Part shown: in pieces, positions 36,967 through 52,337 of the stretch
Layout of the letters: every line of letters begins with the position of its first letter
How positions within the stretch are numbered: position 1 is the first letter of the stretch
From: Eledone cirrhosa
Taxonomy: Eukaryota
DNA length: 64,000 nt
Assembly (NCBI GenBank): GCA_964016885.1
Contig: OZ024741.1
Location: forward strand, 323,020,001 to 323,084,000
Direction of reading: 5' to 3'
Notes under the pieces: generated by a model
Database searches by the model: none
The model's input: only the letters and a program-made list of their open reading frames with translations
Told to the model about the DNA's origin: nothing
Program-made: the position numbers and the translations under genes

Positions 36967-37221
36967 GGCCGGCGTTAGTGTTTGATGAGGTTGAGAACCT
37001 GGTCAGCTTTCAGCCATGGTATTTAATCTCCCGAGGTAATAAAATCTGGCGACAAAATTTTCTCCTTACCAAAAAAGAACACATAAATCATATCAACATC
37101 CTTACACACTTAAATATAAATGCATGTTTATATACAAATGCATAAACGCATAGCTATATACATACGTAAATGTATGTATGTATATATGTATGTATGTAGA
37201 TTTATATTTCTATATATATTT

Positions 37222-37301
<80 letters not shown>

Positions 37302-37328
37302 CTACATACATATATATATATTTAAATC

Positions 37329-37411
<83 letters not shown>

Positions 37412-37535
37412 ATAGTATATATATTTATATATGTTTGATATAACTATAAATATGTAGGGTGGTACTAAGTACTAGCCGGTTACCGGTATGACAAAAGGCT
37501 CAATGCAAATTTTCAAGTGTTTTACAGAGCTGAGA

Positions 37536-38042
37536 TACAAAGTGTTAAAACGATCAAATTTTAGTTTAGAACATTTATTAGCTGACAATTGTTTCTTCCA
37601 GGGGGAAGTCTGGAATCATCGGAGCATAGGGAATGTCGAAACATGTAACTAAAGTCCCAGCCATTTAGAACATTTAGGGTACATAATTGTTATTAGTGTA
37701 ATAGGCATCATGTGGAGAGTCAGGAGTTAAAAAGATGTTCTGCTTGAACGAACACAATTACAGGCAGCACTGGTTGAAATTGTAATAGGTATAAGTAAAA
37801 ATCACAAGCAAAAGAATCACAAGCTAAAAAAACACAAGCTAAAAAAACAGGTAAAAAAGTTACAAGCAAGGAAAATTGGTGTACAGTACAATTATGTACC
37901 CTAAATGTTCTAAATGACTGGAACTTTAGTTACATGTTTCGACATTCTTTATGCTCCGATGATTCCAGACTTCCCTCTGGAAGAAATAATTGTCAGCTAA
38001 TAAATGTTCTAAACTAAAATTTGATCGTTTTAACACTTTGTA
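37536..38042. mobile_element. Inverted-repeat element with divergent CCGATGA-type HHRs
   Basis: Arms 37536-37690/37888-38042; HHR at 37953-37997(+) gct-CCGATGA-ttccaga/tctggaa-GAAA-taattg-TC-agc and at 37581-37625(-); outer arms ~37100-37206/38051-38157. Confidence 0.8.
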
Positions 38043-38156
38043 TATATATATATAAATCTACATTCATACATACATATATACATACATTTACGTATGTATA
38101 TAGCTATGCATTTATACATTTGTATATATACATGCATTTATATTTAAGTGTGTAAG

Positions 38157-38279
<123 letters not shown>

Positions 38280-38337
38280 GTGTGTGTGTGTGTGTCTGTA
38301 TAATATATATATTATACACACACACACACACACACAG

Positions 38338-38377
<40 letters not shown>

Positions 38378-38618
38378 GCAGTGTGACAAGCCCTGACCAA
38401 AGCCCTGTGATTGGATTTGATAGACTGAAACTAAAAGAAGCCCGTGTATATATGTATATATATCTGTGTGTGTCTTTGCGTTTGTGTTTGCCCTCTAATG
38501 CTTGTTGGTTTGTTGACGTCCCCATAACTTACCAAGGTGTTGCTCCAGCATTGGCGTAGTCCAGAGACAGAAAAAAAGTAAAATATATATATATGTGTGT
38601 GTGTGTGTGTGAGTAGAA

Positions 38619-39023
38619 GAGGGGTCTCAAACTCAAGGACACAAAAGAGCCATTACGTCCTGGAGGAGAGGCACAGTGGGCCAAACGTGGTAGTGGGTGA
38701 ATATTTTCACCAGTTATAGTCATTTCTACTATAGGAACAAGGCATGAAATTTGGGGTTTAGGATTCAGGCGATTGCATCGATCCTAGTACACAACTGGTA
38801 CTTAATTCATCGACCCCAAAAGGATGAAAGGCAAAGTTGAGATCGGCGGAATTTGAACTCAGAACGTAAAAACGAAAGAAGTACCGTTAAGCATTTCGCC
38901 AGATGTGCTAACGATTCCAGCAGCTCACCGCCTTATTTTCACCAGTTATAATGCAATATGAAATATTGGTTCTACCACAGGCCACAGAAAAGTAGTTCGC
39001 GGGCCGTATGTTTGAGCCCCCTG
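38619..39023. mobile_element. hAT (Charlie-like) MITE remnant containing a SINE
   Basis: AGGGGTCTCAAAC ... GTTTGAGCCCCCTG termini; related end at 9520-9585; no clear TSD. Confidence 0.5.
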
Positions 39024-39114
39024 TTGGAGATAGATAGATAGATGTGTACCAAACACACACACACATTTCTTATTCTCTCTTTCCCTCCCTCTTTCTTTCT
39101 TCATTTATATATAT

Positions 39115-39177
<63 letters not shown>

Positions 39178-39789
39178 CGTTGTTATTTGGTGTTGTTGAA
39201 AAGGGCAGTGGCCTTTGACCTGGCAATAAAAAACTGTAGACAAAATTCTTTCTGTACCCAAACCAAGGCACACACACACACACACAAGTTTGTGTGTGTG
39301 TATGTATATGTGTGTGTTTGTGCGTGCGCGTCTATGTGTGTGTGTGTGTGTCTGTGTGTCTATCTATGTATATATATATAAGGGATACAAATACTACTCT
39401 CTCACTGTCACCAAGCTTCTCAATTCATTCGTTGCTAAGTATTTTATTTTGCTACGAGGTATTTTATTTTGCAAAGTACTATTTTTCCCCTGAGTTTGTG
39501 ATTTCAGAGAAAAGTAAGAAATTATTCATATTATACATCTTTTGTATTTTGACTTTACAGTTTGAATTGTAGAATTGTTTATCCAATCAAAATATAACAA
39601 TAACTAACAGTGAAATATAGAATTTAAAAAAAAGCTTTTTCGACTGAAATCAACTCTTTGATTCACGTCTATTTTTCAAAAATATATAATTTGAAATAGT
39701 TTGCTTTTGTTTTGGACTGAAACTTTTTTGTTTTTAATTCGTACGGGTATTTTTTAAATATCTTTTTGAATATTCTAACATAACTTGAT

Positions 39790-40952
39790 TTGGCCCATTA
39801 CGTGCACTGCGGCATTCATATTTCTCAACTTATTATAGCTAAGTTCGTACAACAAGCTTCACTTATCAAAAATGTTCTAGATTACGTGAATGAATTGCGG
39901 AAACTATATAGTACATCAGGGAAATTTAATCACGCGTATTTATCACGACATGATGAAGTAAATGAAGTATCATCACCACGCTCCTTAAAACCTGTGTGCC
40001 CTACTCGATGGCTAACACGACTTTCTGCAGTCAAAGCCCTTCTTGACAATTATTCAGATGTCCCTATTTCTTTACAAGAGGCAACAAATGAGTTTGACAC
40101 CAACATTGCATCCAGAGCTAATGTTATTCTTACGTGTCACTCTCCGGGCCAATGTGTTCTTGGATTGCACGTTGTAGTTCCATTACTTCAATTCCTTGAA
40201 GGATTGAACAAATCTGTTCAAAGTACCACCTTCAATCTAGGTAGCATGTTGCATAGTGTCAAACTGGTGCAGGAGGAGCTAAACAATCTACGCAGTAAAG
40301 AAAAATTTCAGGAGCTGTTCAATACAGCAAAAAAAGTGATTTATCAACTCGATATTTCTCCTTTGGAGCTACCCAGGCAACGAAAAGTTGCTAAAAGATA
40401 CCAGGAAGGAAATGCGTTAAAACATCAACACTGCAACTGCTTTGGATCATTACAGAGTGCAGTATTTGCAGGTAGTGGATACTGCAATATCAAATTTGAA
40501 ACATTATTTTCTTTCACAGGATTTAGCAGATTATGAAAAACTGAGCAATATTTTACTCAATGGAAATGTTTGTGCTGAAGTGATCATGCACTATCCAGAG
40601 CTTGATGAATTTTCTTTTAGGAACGAAATACTTTTTTATAGAAATAATCGAGGATCATCGTAAAATATTCGGTGAAATGCAACCAGAAGTCCGTCGCATG
40701 TTTCTAAATGTTGAGCGATTGCTCAGGCTACTTTTAATGTTTCCAACCAGTTCTTGTGAAGCTGAAAGATCTTTTAGCGCTCTGCGGAGACTCAAAACTT
40801 GGTTGCGATCGACCATGACTCAGCAAAGGTTGAATCATATTCTAATATGCCACGTTCATAGAGATGTTTTGAAAAAGATTAGTTGTGAAGAAGTTGCTAA
40901 ATTATTTATTGAGAGCAATGATGCGAGATATGATACATTTGGAAAGTTCTAA
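39790..40952 (+). pseudogene. hAT transposase C-terminal relic
   Basis: YVHC..H, CPTRW, LPRQRK, SSCEAERSFSALRRLKTWLRSTMTQQRL (hAT dimerisation domain); frameshifts; probable TIR ..GAGGCCCCTG near 41202. Confidence 0.85.
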
Positions 40953-42820
40953 AAGACAATAAATTTACTTTATATGATTTTTATTCAAACGTCTATGTTT
41001 TATTTTTTTTTGTTTATTTGATATAATAAATACTTTTTAAGCTTATTTTTTATATCTGAACTTCATTTGAATATATAAAATTTAATTAGCGTAAAATTTT
41101 ACTTATGTGATAGGGTTCAGGAAAGACACCATAAGTAATACAAAAATGCTCCAACAAATGTTGGTTTGTTTCCCTCACATTTTTAAGGCAAACGAGGCCC
41201 CTGGAAAAGAGCAACATTATTCATGAATTGAATTCACTGACCCGTTCATCACCGTGTTCGGCTTGACCTCGATACTTCAGCTCATTCTTACTAACATTCC
41301 GTTTGCTTGACCCCATCTTCTCTTCATTGCATTTCCACATCAATTATTCTATAACTAGGTTGTTGCTATTCCTATATAAACTGCCTGTTTATACTACGAT
41401 CAAGTCTTATTATAGCCTTGGGCTTAAGGAAGTGCTTTTGTAGTCTTCAACAGTCTTCATCCATTATAACTGCAGCACCATTACAAGAATATCACAGTGA
41501 TGCATTAAGGTAAGGGCGATAATTTGAGTAACTCTGACTAATAAGTAATGTCTTAACTTAGTATTATCGCGTCTTATCACTACGTGCTTAATTGATGAAT
41601 TACATTTTAAAATAGCACATTACTAATCATTCTTGTATTAAGTTCTATTGAACTCGTTGCCTCATTGATCCTTTATTGAGTCTGCCACCTTAATTCCCTC
41701 AAGCTAAGTTATTACTATTCCTACATGAAAGACTGGTTAATCTTCATATATAACTTGTCTCGACTTGGTTAATTAATGACAGTATTTGTGTTTTTCATTG
41801 CAGTTGTGTTTATTACAAAGTGTTATTCCAGAACATTACTTGAAACTTTATCATACTGGAACAGGACTCACTATAGTAAGTTCCTTATACATAATTTTAT
41901 AGGCTTATATAGGCAAATCTTTGCGTAATTTTACCAAACACATTCGATAAACAGAAAATGGCCTCAGCAACGAAGAAAAAGCAGGCAGTACAGCGTTGAT
42001 TACTTACGGGCGCATTTACCCAATACCCAACCCTACACGGAGCCCTTTGCTGGCCTACATTGCGGTTGCTTGCACGCACGGATTTGGTGATTCGGATTCT
42101 CAATGGGACAGCGGTACATACTGAGTTCGATATGAGCTGATTGCTTGCTCTTCACATAGATGTGTATATACCTGGACATACCCTTTTTTTGGACGATTCG
42201 GATGTGTATATACCATAACATACACTTGAAGATATGGATGTTACAATTCAATCTATACGCGTATAGCAGAACACTGAACTGAACTTGCTTGTGTGTGTGT
42301 ATGTGTGTGTGTGTATGGGGCGTTGGGTAACCCAATATTTCCAATTTACATCGTCAAATTGAGATTTGACCAATATAGCTTCTGTTGTTTTGTGAACTAA
42401 CTTTAGGTGAGTGTTGTGTTGGTACATTCTTATATTTGTTTTTTCTCGGACATCGCTTTGGTGTGTGTGAGAGTGTGTGTGTACCCACCCACACTAATCT
42501 ACAGGTTTAATACTGTGTTGATGTGTGTATATATATGTATATATTTTTCTTTGACCTCGAGCCGGTGTATGTGGGTGTGGAGTGTGTGTGTACCCACTCA
42601 CATTAACTGTGACTGACTGTATCCCTACAGATTTGATTGATGTCCAGCGTCCTTTGCAGCGATAGAAATCTGAAAACTTTTATGACCTCAACTAAAGTTA
42701 ATAGCAGTCGCCTTGTCTCTGACTGACTGACTGGTGTGTCTCCATATGAGGGAATGAATTCTGTGAGAGAACATCGTTATTTTTTCTCCCTCATATCAAG
42801 AATTTGAAGACAATTCATTT

Positions 42821-42894
42821 TCACCTGATGAGATCAGTGATAATCGATCATGGCTTCACAATCGATCTATCTCTTATTGAAACATGTGTCGTGA
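42821..42894 (+). ncRNA. Type I hammerhead ribozyme
   Basis: tcac-CTGATGA-g..atcgat/atcgat..t-GAAA-catgtg-TC-gtga, ~50 nt upstream of (TA)n. Confidence 0.65.
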
Positions 42895-43053
42895 TTAAAT
42901 GATTGGAATGGATTTTACCTTGCCTTCGGATTTTCATTTTGATATATATATATATATATATATGGAAAGTTATATTTAAAATTGTTGGGTTACAACTAGT
43001 AAATATTTATAACTGATATAAAAGCACTCGACAAATATTTGGAGTATATTTAC

Positions 43054-43545
<492 letters not shown>

Positions 43546-43937
43546 CAGAGAGTGTGTGGTAAGATACCAGGTTGACCATAACGCACGAGAGTACTCAATA
43601 CTTAGGGTAGTAGAGTGGATAATAGGAAAAGAGTCAGGACCCCGACGGCTGAGCTTCGGTCGTTTCGACAGCTAGATCCGAACAGTTCGGATCTGGCTGT
43701 GTGGTCCTTTACCACACTTTCTTTGTTATACATAATATTAGAAAATAAGGTTTTTATACATTATATAAGAAAATAAGGTTTTTTAAAAAAAAAAACGAGA
43801 TGTCCTACACGGGTGAAAGTATAAGGAAAAGAAATCAAAAATGCAACTGGAGTTTTTTTAAGAATATTTATTTCTTTTACCGGTTTCACAGTTCTTGTGC
43901 TTTTGAAAAGTATAATTGAGTTAGAGGGTTTGTGGTT

Positions 43938-44011
<74 letters not shown>

Positions 44012-44109
44012 GTTTGTATTTGTAAAGCCAAAACAATGCAGGTATGGATATAGAATATAAATGCAAATGCAAAATATATTGTTGACAATTAGTCTTTTAC
44101 CTTAAATTG

Positions 44110-45165
44110 ATTTAAATATCCTTAATTTTCGAGATAATATCTCTTCTTCGGAGAGAAGTAAAGTTGTTAAACCAGCGTTCTAAATAGCTTGCTAAGTCAT
44201 GCTGACAGGAAATGGTATAGAGAATCTGTTCTATCTCTAATGTCAAAGAGTGAAGGTTAGGTGGATAAAGAGTAGTCTCCCTTTAAAAGGGGTTTTGTAT
44301 ATGTATGTTTAAGTGTGTGGGAGAATACGTAAAGGTGTAAGTATGTGTGTGTGTGTGTGTGAGTGTGAGAAGATATGTCTATACGTGAATGTGGGGGATA
44401 GATGCTCTATCTTGTTAAAACTGGTCTTTGTGTGTGTGTGGGAGAGAATAAGTGGAGGTGTAAGTGTATGTGTGTGTGTGCGTGTGCGTGTGTGTGAGAG
44501 AGGAGGGTGTAAGTATGGGGCTAGGTGCTCTATCAAGTTATAAATTGGGTGTTGAGTTCTAGTCTATTATTGATTGGTGGTTGTGTTTTGTCTATAATTA
44601 GTGCTTCCTTAATTCTAAGATTGCCGAGGTTTCTTTCCTTAGTTTCTATCCTAACTGTGTTTTTTGCATTTCACTAGGTGTTTCTTAAATGAGGAAGCGT
44701 TAGTATTGAGGTGTTCTTTTATTCTTATGTGAAGTCGTCTGGTGGTGCTACCTATGTAAGAAGTTGCTGCATTTGTCGCACTCTAATATGTATACGACGT
44801 AAGCCTGGTGGCATAGGTCTGTATCGTTGATGGGGCAGTTGGCTAGCCTGCAGCGGCTGTCATGTCTGGTGGAGTGTCTTTGGGTTAGCCGTCCGCGTAG
44901 AAAAGGTCCTGAGTGGGCTAGTTGGATATCTAGTCCCTCTCGTCTGATAGCTCTGCGGGTGGCTGTTGTTGTTTCGTCACTGAAGTGTGGGAGCTTCAGG
45001 AAGCAGGTATTAGTGCCTCAGGTGTGGTGTCATCTGTTGTTTCTAGCCCGGTTCGCGGTGGACGTCGGGTATTCGTTCAGTTTGAGTACTTCCAGGAAAT
45101 GTGTGGTGTGTGTGTCTCGGTCTCTTGCGTCGGTGCATTTGTTGCAGACACGTGTTAGTTCGTGT
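44110..45165 (-). mobile_element. 5'-truncated PLE (GIY-YIG) of another lineage
   Basis: Minus strand reads CRLANCPI..CHQAYVVYILECDKC, YIGSTTRRLHIRIKEH, LRIKEALII..PPINNR; partial CCGAAGA..GAAA motif at ~44125-44155. Confidence 0.75.
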
Positions 45166-45209
45166 TAGTATATATATATATACACATACATATATATATA
45201 TATACACAT

Positions 45210-45339
<130 letters not shown>

Positions 45340-45389
45340 TATATACATACATATACATATGTATATATATATATATATATAATATATGT

Positions 45390-45470
<81 letters not shown>

Positions 45471-45497
45471 TATATGTACATATATATATACATATAC

Positions 45498-45627
<130 letters not shown>

Positions 45628-45636
45628 ATATATATG

Positions 45637-46180
45637 AGAAAATTTAGCCAGAATGAAGTATACTAATTATAATATTACAGTCTGTCCATATCGATTTAAA
45701 ATAATAAATCAACAAAGACGAACAGTATTGCCAAATGGCCATGATGTTTAGACACATTTAAATTTCAAAATCAAACCTGTTCCGTAGATAAGTTTAAACT
45801 TTAAAATCCAAATATGTTTCGTAGCCTCATATATACGGCTGTTATTTCTAGCAGTACGGTTATGAGGCTAGCTAGAAACTGTGAACCATGTGCGTTACAC
45901 AGTCTTTTAAATTATTTAGAAGTGAAACATATCAATTTGTCCCTGGATGTTTACTGATGAGAGCAGGACATGATATTCCTTACACTTTTTCATCTCGAAA
46001 CATATTTGGATTTTAAAGTTTAAACTTATCTACGGAACAGGTTTGATTTTGAAATTTAAATGTGTCTAAACATCATGGCCATTTGGCAATACTGTTCGTC
46101 TTTGTTGATTTATTATTTTAAATCGATATGGACAGACTGTAATATTATAATTAGTATACTTCATTCTGGCTAAATTTTCT
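45637..46180. mobile_element. Inverted-repeat element with HHR
   Basis: Arms 45637-45821/46006-46180; HHR at 45949-46025(+) gttta-CTGATGA-gag..ctc-GAAA-c..g-TT-taaac. Confidence 0.75.
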
Positions 46181-46300
46181 TTTGCAATATAAATACAGAT
46201 ATGTTGGTATTTGTGTTTCATCATATATATTAGTTTATACACGGCTCAGAAATATTCCTTCTTTGAGCTAATTTCATTGTAAAAGAATCCATTACACTTA

Positions 46301-46333
<33 letters not shown>

Positions 46334-46347
46334 TATACATATATATA

Positions 46348-46411
<64 letters not shown>

Positions 46412-46421
46412 TATACATATA

Positions 46422-46461
<40 letters not shown>

Positions 46462-46526
46462 CATATATATACATATATATATGTACATATATATATATAT
46501 ACATATATATACATATATATATGTAC

Positions 46527-46558
<32 letters not shown>

Positions 46559-47899
46559 ATATATATATATATATGATGCATATATATTTACATAATGCAA
46601 GGTCAACAACAAAAACAAACACGGAGAACATAGTATGCTGGATATTATTGGTTTAATGAAAAAAAGGAAAATAAGCGTCTTCTCATATGTGTGTGTTTAG
46701 GGGCAGGGTGCGTTCGTATTTGTGTGCGTTTGTCTGTGGGCAGTTTGCATTTTAAACAAAGCAAAACGTGTCTGTATTGAGATAACGTATAAAATGAGAC
46801 TAAAGCTATGAGTAGAACACCGGGATTTGCTATAAAATAAAATTTAAAAAAAACATGCATTTTAGAGTTACATTGAGCGCCTCAAGTAATCTAGATTGAA
46901 GTTATGTATGTGAATAAAAATAACTTTCTCCTACTTAGAGAGAACAACGAAAGAAAAAAATAGTACATTAAAAGGAATTGGAGTTAGACGAGAATAAATA
47001 ACTCATGAGATCAAATATACAAGGTATTCAATCCTATAAAACATCATCATAATGTGTACACAAGGCAACGAACTAGTAGAGGTCATAAGAACGTCTGATA
47101 AAATACCTTGCGCAATTTAGTTCCAGTTCTCTGTGCTCTGAGTTCAAATCCTACCAAAGTTAACTGTGATTTTCATCCTTTCGAGGTCAATAAATTAGCA
47201 CCAGTCTAATACTGGGTCTATCCTTTCTCCGTATGTCATTCTCACTTCTCTTTCGCGCCTCTGTCTCGCATTCTTCATTTAGCTGGAGGAAATCGATTGT
47301 TTTCAGACATGGAGAGAGATGGGCTCCGCCAGATTTAAATACTGAAGACGCCGTTTGTCCCAACTCCATCAACATTTAAGCGACAATAGGCGGTTCGAAT
47401 ACATACACATGGATAACTTATATACAGAAAAAAAGTACAAGAGTGGATCGTCAGATTAGACAAAAGAAGCTATATTTCCGTAGGTCTTTCCATTGCTGAT
47501 ACTATCTGCCGGTTGCAAATCTTGGTAGAACCGTCACCACTTTTCCGCTGATTGGGAGTGGGATTTGAACTCAGAACACAGAGCCAGAACAGTTACCGCA
47601 AAACATGCCGCCCGACTTATTATGTAATTCAGCCAGTCCACCTCCCCTGGGCTAGTGCTTTGTTTACTGACCCCAAAAGGAAAGGAGGAAAAGTTAATCT
47701 CGGCGGGATTTGTACACGCAGAGAGCCGAAACAAACTGTATAGCAGCAAGGCTTCGTATTTCAATGCAAAACATGTATATCTCAAAATAACGTATGCCTC
47801 CATTTTTCAGTGCTGTCATCTTTAAGACAGACAAGTTTCTATCATGAAATCTCAAATTTGCCGATACACCGTTTCGGTAGTATATATATATATTTTGGG

Positions 47900-48062
47900 A
47901 CATAGGCATGGCTGAGTGGTTAAGAAATTTGCTTCGCAATCATGATGTCCTGGTTTCAATCTTACTGCGTGTCATCCTGAGCATGTGTCTTTACCATAAC
48001 CTCGGGTCGACGCTAGCCTAATGAGTAGTATTGGGTAGGCGGGAACTATGTGGAAGCCCCTC
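47900..48062 (+). mobile_element. tRNA-derived SINE fragment
   Basis: GGCATGGCTGAGTGGTTAAGAA (A box) and GGTTTCAATC (B-box-like), ending GAAGCCC; related 3' part at 38380-38540. Confidence 0.6.
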
Positions 48063-49763
48063 GGAATGTATCTGCATTTTTTTATATTTAGTCAGGGAGG
48101 AAAGGACAGTGTCCATGACCCGACCCTTTTCAAGGCCTCCAAGATTGATGGGAAGGGGTGTGTAAGACATCCTCAAACTAATACCTGTCCTGAATACTTG
48201 TAACAGAGTTGACGCCGCTAATGGCGCCTCTTGGCAAGCTGATAGTTTTAAACAGGGTGACGGATTAAGTCTGCCTCCCAAGTAAACCACGGCAGTGGTT
48301 GAACCCTGTATACAAAGTGCCTGAAGAAATACTACGAAAGATAGTAGTCATTTTAAATTTTAGAAATTACATTTGTATTAAACATTTACAGAATTGTTAG
48401 AACATCCGATAGAATGCTTAGCGGAATTCGTTCCGGCGGTCTGAGTTCAAGTCCCACCGGGGTCAACTTTACCTTTCGTCCTTTCGCATTCAATAAAAAA
48501 AAGTACTGTCTGGGAGAGATCGGCTATATTCAGACCTGGATAAGAATATGCTGCACCAGGTTTTAAAAAAGCTCAAACGCGATGTTCGTTACGACGGCTC
48601 TCTACGACTCCATCAGGAGTGCATACATATATTGCATAAAATCTGTAACAGTTTTTATATGCAGTTTATGTAATATTTCTATCATGTATACATTACACGG
48701 TGGTGTAAATGGATTTTAAGAATTAGGAGGCTAATGAGATTAAGGTTGATAAGGAGGAGGAGGAGTAGATTCTATACGACTCTGCTCATAAGAAACTGAA
48801 AAATAGGAGACCGTTGAACCCTTGTGTAACTCCGCTCCATTTCAGCAACTGACATCAAAATGTATTAATGTTTAAAGCGGAACAATGAATTTATAAACAC
48901 TTTAGTTATACAGAGAATTGAAAAGGAACTACATCGGACCAAAGAAATTTTATTTCACATTACTTCAGCCCATGTATTCTTCTTCAATCATCCTTCCATT
49001 GAAGCTGAAGCATTTTTCTTTTTCTAATGACTAGGATATATGCAGTTTATCATACCTGCATACTAATAGATTTCTCAACGAACTGGTGCAGTTGTGTCAA
49101 CCTATTGTCGAATTAATAGTCAATCATCTGAGAAGCCACTGGTGTTCACGACACTGAGGTCATCTAATTAAACTGATGGTCGCTATATGAGCTACTGCTT
49201 ACTATGAGACAAACAGGATTTTTATTGAGGCTTACACCTCTAAATCCGTCCTGTTCTGCTAGACTATCCTATGATAGCCATATCAGAGGCACTTCGTATA
49301 GGATGTGGTTCTTCCCAACGTAGGTCAGTTTGCGAACTGAGAGTGGCTAGGTGTTCAACTTGAATTAACACATAATGCGCGACATCAGCTCGCTGAGAGG
49401 CATGTTGAACAGACACTGGGTCACACGCGGCCGCCACACAAGACCATACGGTGCCAACCAGTGAAAGCTACTACAGCTCTGCACACTGAGACAACCATAG
49501 GTAGCAAAAAGAGAAAGTTCTATTTGTAATTTAAAGGATCAGCCTTGTCAAACAGTGTCACGTTGAATCTTCCTGAGAAATACGTTAAAGATGTACGTGT
49601 GTGTGTGTGTAGAATGCTCAGTCACTCGCTCGTCAATTTCATGAGCAGTCTGTTCCGTTTAAGGATTTCACTAGAGCACTCGTCATCGGGACCAACGGAG
49701 ATCCGACACGAACACGTGTTTGTATGTATATATGTATAAAAATGCTTCGATTGACGGTTTTGG

Positions 49764-50738
49764 CAGACTGTCCGTACGGGCCCGCCCAACGTAGCATCAT
49801 CCAGATACCAAACGTTGAGAGGAGCCGTGATACTCCGGGCGATGTGGTCAATACCAAGGGCGAACAGGAGGGGTCCCAAAGGGTCGCCCTGTTGGACCCC
49901 AGTAGCCGAGGGTATGACCGTATCAGCAGCTAGGAGCATGCTCGGGGCTCCATATAACAGGTAGGCCAGCGGGTAGGCAGAGGGGGCTAGGCTGAGGCAG
50001 GCCTCGAGCAGATGATCCCGACGTAAAGAGTTAAAGGCATTCCTCATGTCAAGCTTGACAATGAGGTGCCTGGAGTCCCTGGATGCCGGTACCGATGGGC
50101 AGCTGCTGAAGAACTGCCTGATTGCATGAGAGGCTCCCTCACAGCCACCGGACACGCCGACACCCAGTTGCACCGGACTAAACTCCTCACCCAATTCATG
50201 TGTGACGGACTTGCAGATCACCTTGGCAGCCAGCCTCCCGAAGACATTGCCCACAGCAATGGGGCGTATGCCACCCTCTTTCTTCCTGAGAGCGGTGAGG
50301 CTGGCCGAAAAAAAGAGGCCTCGGGCGTAAGGGTTGAGGGCACCATGAATGAGCCTATTGGTGAGCGCCACAATTGCACTCAGAAGGCGGCGCCTGGCCT
50401 CAGCGGAGAAGGGGGATGTCAACTCCTTGAGGTGGCCTGGTCTGAGACCATCAACACCTCCGCAGCTGCTAGCTGGGAAGGACCTGATGGCGGACATGAT
50501 ATCTGCATCAGTAGCCACAAGGAGCAGGTGGGGTCGGGTGGGGGTATGAGTCTGAGATCAGTGGGTGGCTCAGGGTGTTTGAACCGCAGAGCAGCCAGGA
50601 TCTCCTCGGTGGTTTGGAGGACAGTGTCCTCTGAGACAACAACTCTGACTGCGGCCGAGACATCACCCATGATAAGCTTTGCGTTTACCTGGTCACGCAA
50701 ACGCTTGGCGCTGGCCTCGGGGGTGGAGGATAGGGGGT
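49764..50738 (-). pseudogene. CRE-clade non-LTR RT fragment (inverted segment)
   Basis: GGVDGLRPGHL, GGIRPIAVG, QLGVG, DMRNAFNS, GVQQGDPLGP, WYLDD. Confidence 0.85.
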
Positions 50739-51114
50739 ACCTGAGGCGGTCGCTCTCCGACAGGTTTGCGGTCGTTCCCCTGGCAGTGGAAACTTCTGGT
50801 GTGTTCGGCCCCAGGGCTACCTCCTTACTCACCACCATAGGTGCTGAGCTGGCCAGCCGTAGGTGTGAGCCCCGCGAGTTGGAGTGGCTTTTCCAGCGCG
50901 TCTCCCTTGCCGTCCTCCGGGGAAACGCCTTCTCCATTCTGTCCGCCGGGGCTGTGGGTGGGCCCCATCGCGTACCATTACATTAGTTAAATACCATTCT
51001 TTCATCTCATACATATATATAACATATATCTACTCCCTTTGTCCCTCCACTATCTGAAGCTCATATTGAAGAGTTAAAGACATTAAACAAAGCAAAAAAA
51101 AAAAAAAAAAAAAA
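50739..51114 (+). pseudogene. CRE-clade element 3' end with poly(A)
   Basis: FAVVPLAVETSGVFG...LFQRVSLAVLRGNA* (RLE C-terminus), then 3' UTR and an A-tract at 51094-51114. Confidence 0.8.
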
Positions 51115-51980
51115 GAATCAGTTAAAGTCAGTTATTATTAGCTCCGCACACCCGACAGTTTGAAATCACTCAACAAGTTGTTGAATTGCTAGAGGCAGAC
51201 GATATTTTGACGTAACAACAGCGAGCTGAAACAAAAGGAATTTTACAAGCAACCTATTACAGCAGGTTCAGACTGACACAGTCACACACATACACACACG
51301 TACGCGCGCGCGCAAGCATGCATATGCACTCACACTCATACATTTATATATATATGTATATATGTATATATATATATATATATATACATTCACGTATATA
51401 CACTTACATACGCACATATATTATATACACTAACACCCACACTATTGTTTCCACGGAGATATAGATGAAGTCACATATATATATATATATATATACATAC
51501 ACACACATATATACCTTCACATATTTTCACTTACACATACACACACATTTATATTATTTATACATATATATACACACACTATTGTTTCCACAATGTTATA
51601 GAGAAAGAAGAAAGAGAGTATTGTGAATAAAAGAGAGCTGACGATAAACAAAAGAAAGATATATTAGAGAGAGGGGGAGAGAGAGATTAGAGAATAACAG
51701 AGAGAAGAAATTAGAAGGAACGAGGAAGGAAGGAAAAAGAGATTGTATAGAGGGGGGGGGGGGGAGAAATAGAGGACAGGAGATAAAGACATTTTGAAAC
51801 AGAAGATGAGAGAAAATATTCAAGTAACAGGATTACGCAGGCAATATCAACAAAAATCAAAAAATCGTAAACAAATCTACTTCAAATAACAACAACACTA
51901 CAGATATTTAAAACGGAAAATGAAGGGAAGGACAAGGTCTCTAGGGTCACAGAAGAATGGGAGGGTGATGGGCTCTAGGC

Positions 51981-52212
51981 CTAGGACGCGGCGGTTTTGG
52001 CGCTGCGACTCGTAGACAAAACCGCAAAAGCATTTCCGCGGACAATGGTTAGCGACACCCGCTGCAACAGCCACCCCACCTCGCGGAGCGCCTTCCTCAG
52101 ACGGGCTGCTGACATTCCGATCTTGCGGAGGAGCCCGGCAGTACGGAGCAGAACGCCTGATGTCTCGACGGCGACTGGTGCGAAGAGGAAGCGGCTGGAC
52201 AATCCCCGGTGT
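51981..52212 (-). pseudogene. Second CRE-clade 3' fragment
   Basis: FAPVAVETSG...LLQRVSLTIVRGNAFAVL. Confidence 0.75.
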
Positions 52213-52337
52213 TTAATGATGACTTTTGGAAAATATAGAACTGTTTCCTTCGAATGAAACAGTTCTAGTCCTGCAGAAGCCATTTCTATATTAAATCTTA
52301 TATATATATATATAAGATTGAAGTATATATATATATA

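Noticed and set aside
48572-48620. Hammerhead-like motif on the minus strand; similar weak cases at ~100-130, 47341-47400 and 56625-56645
   Set aside because: Core nucleotides are mutated or half the motif is missing; these cannot be supported as ribozymes.
50066-50986. 306-aa plus-strand ORF as one gene
   Set aside because: Mostly antisense of the CRE RT fused by the inversion to the real C-terminal ~80 aa.
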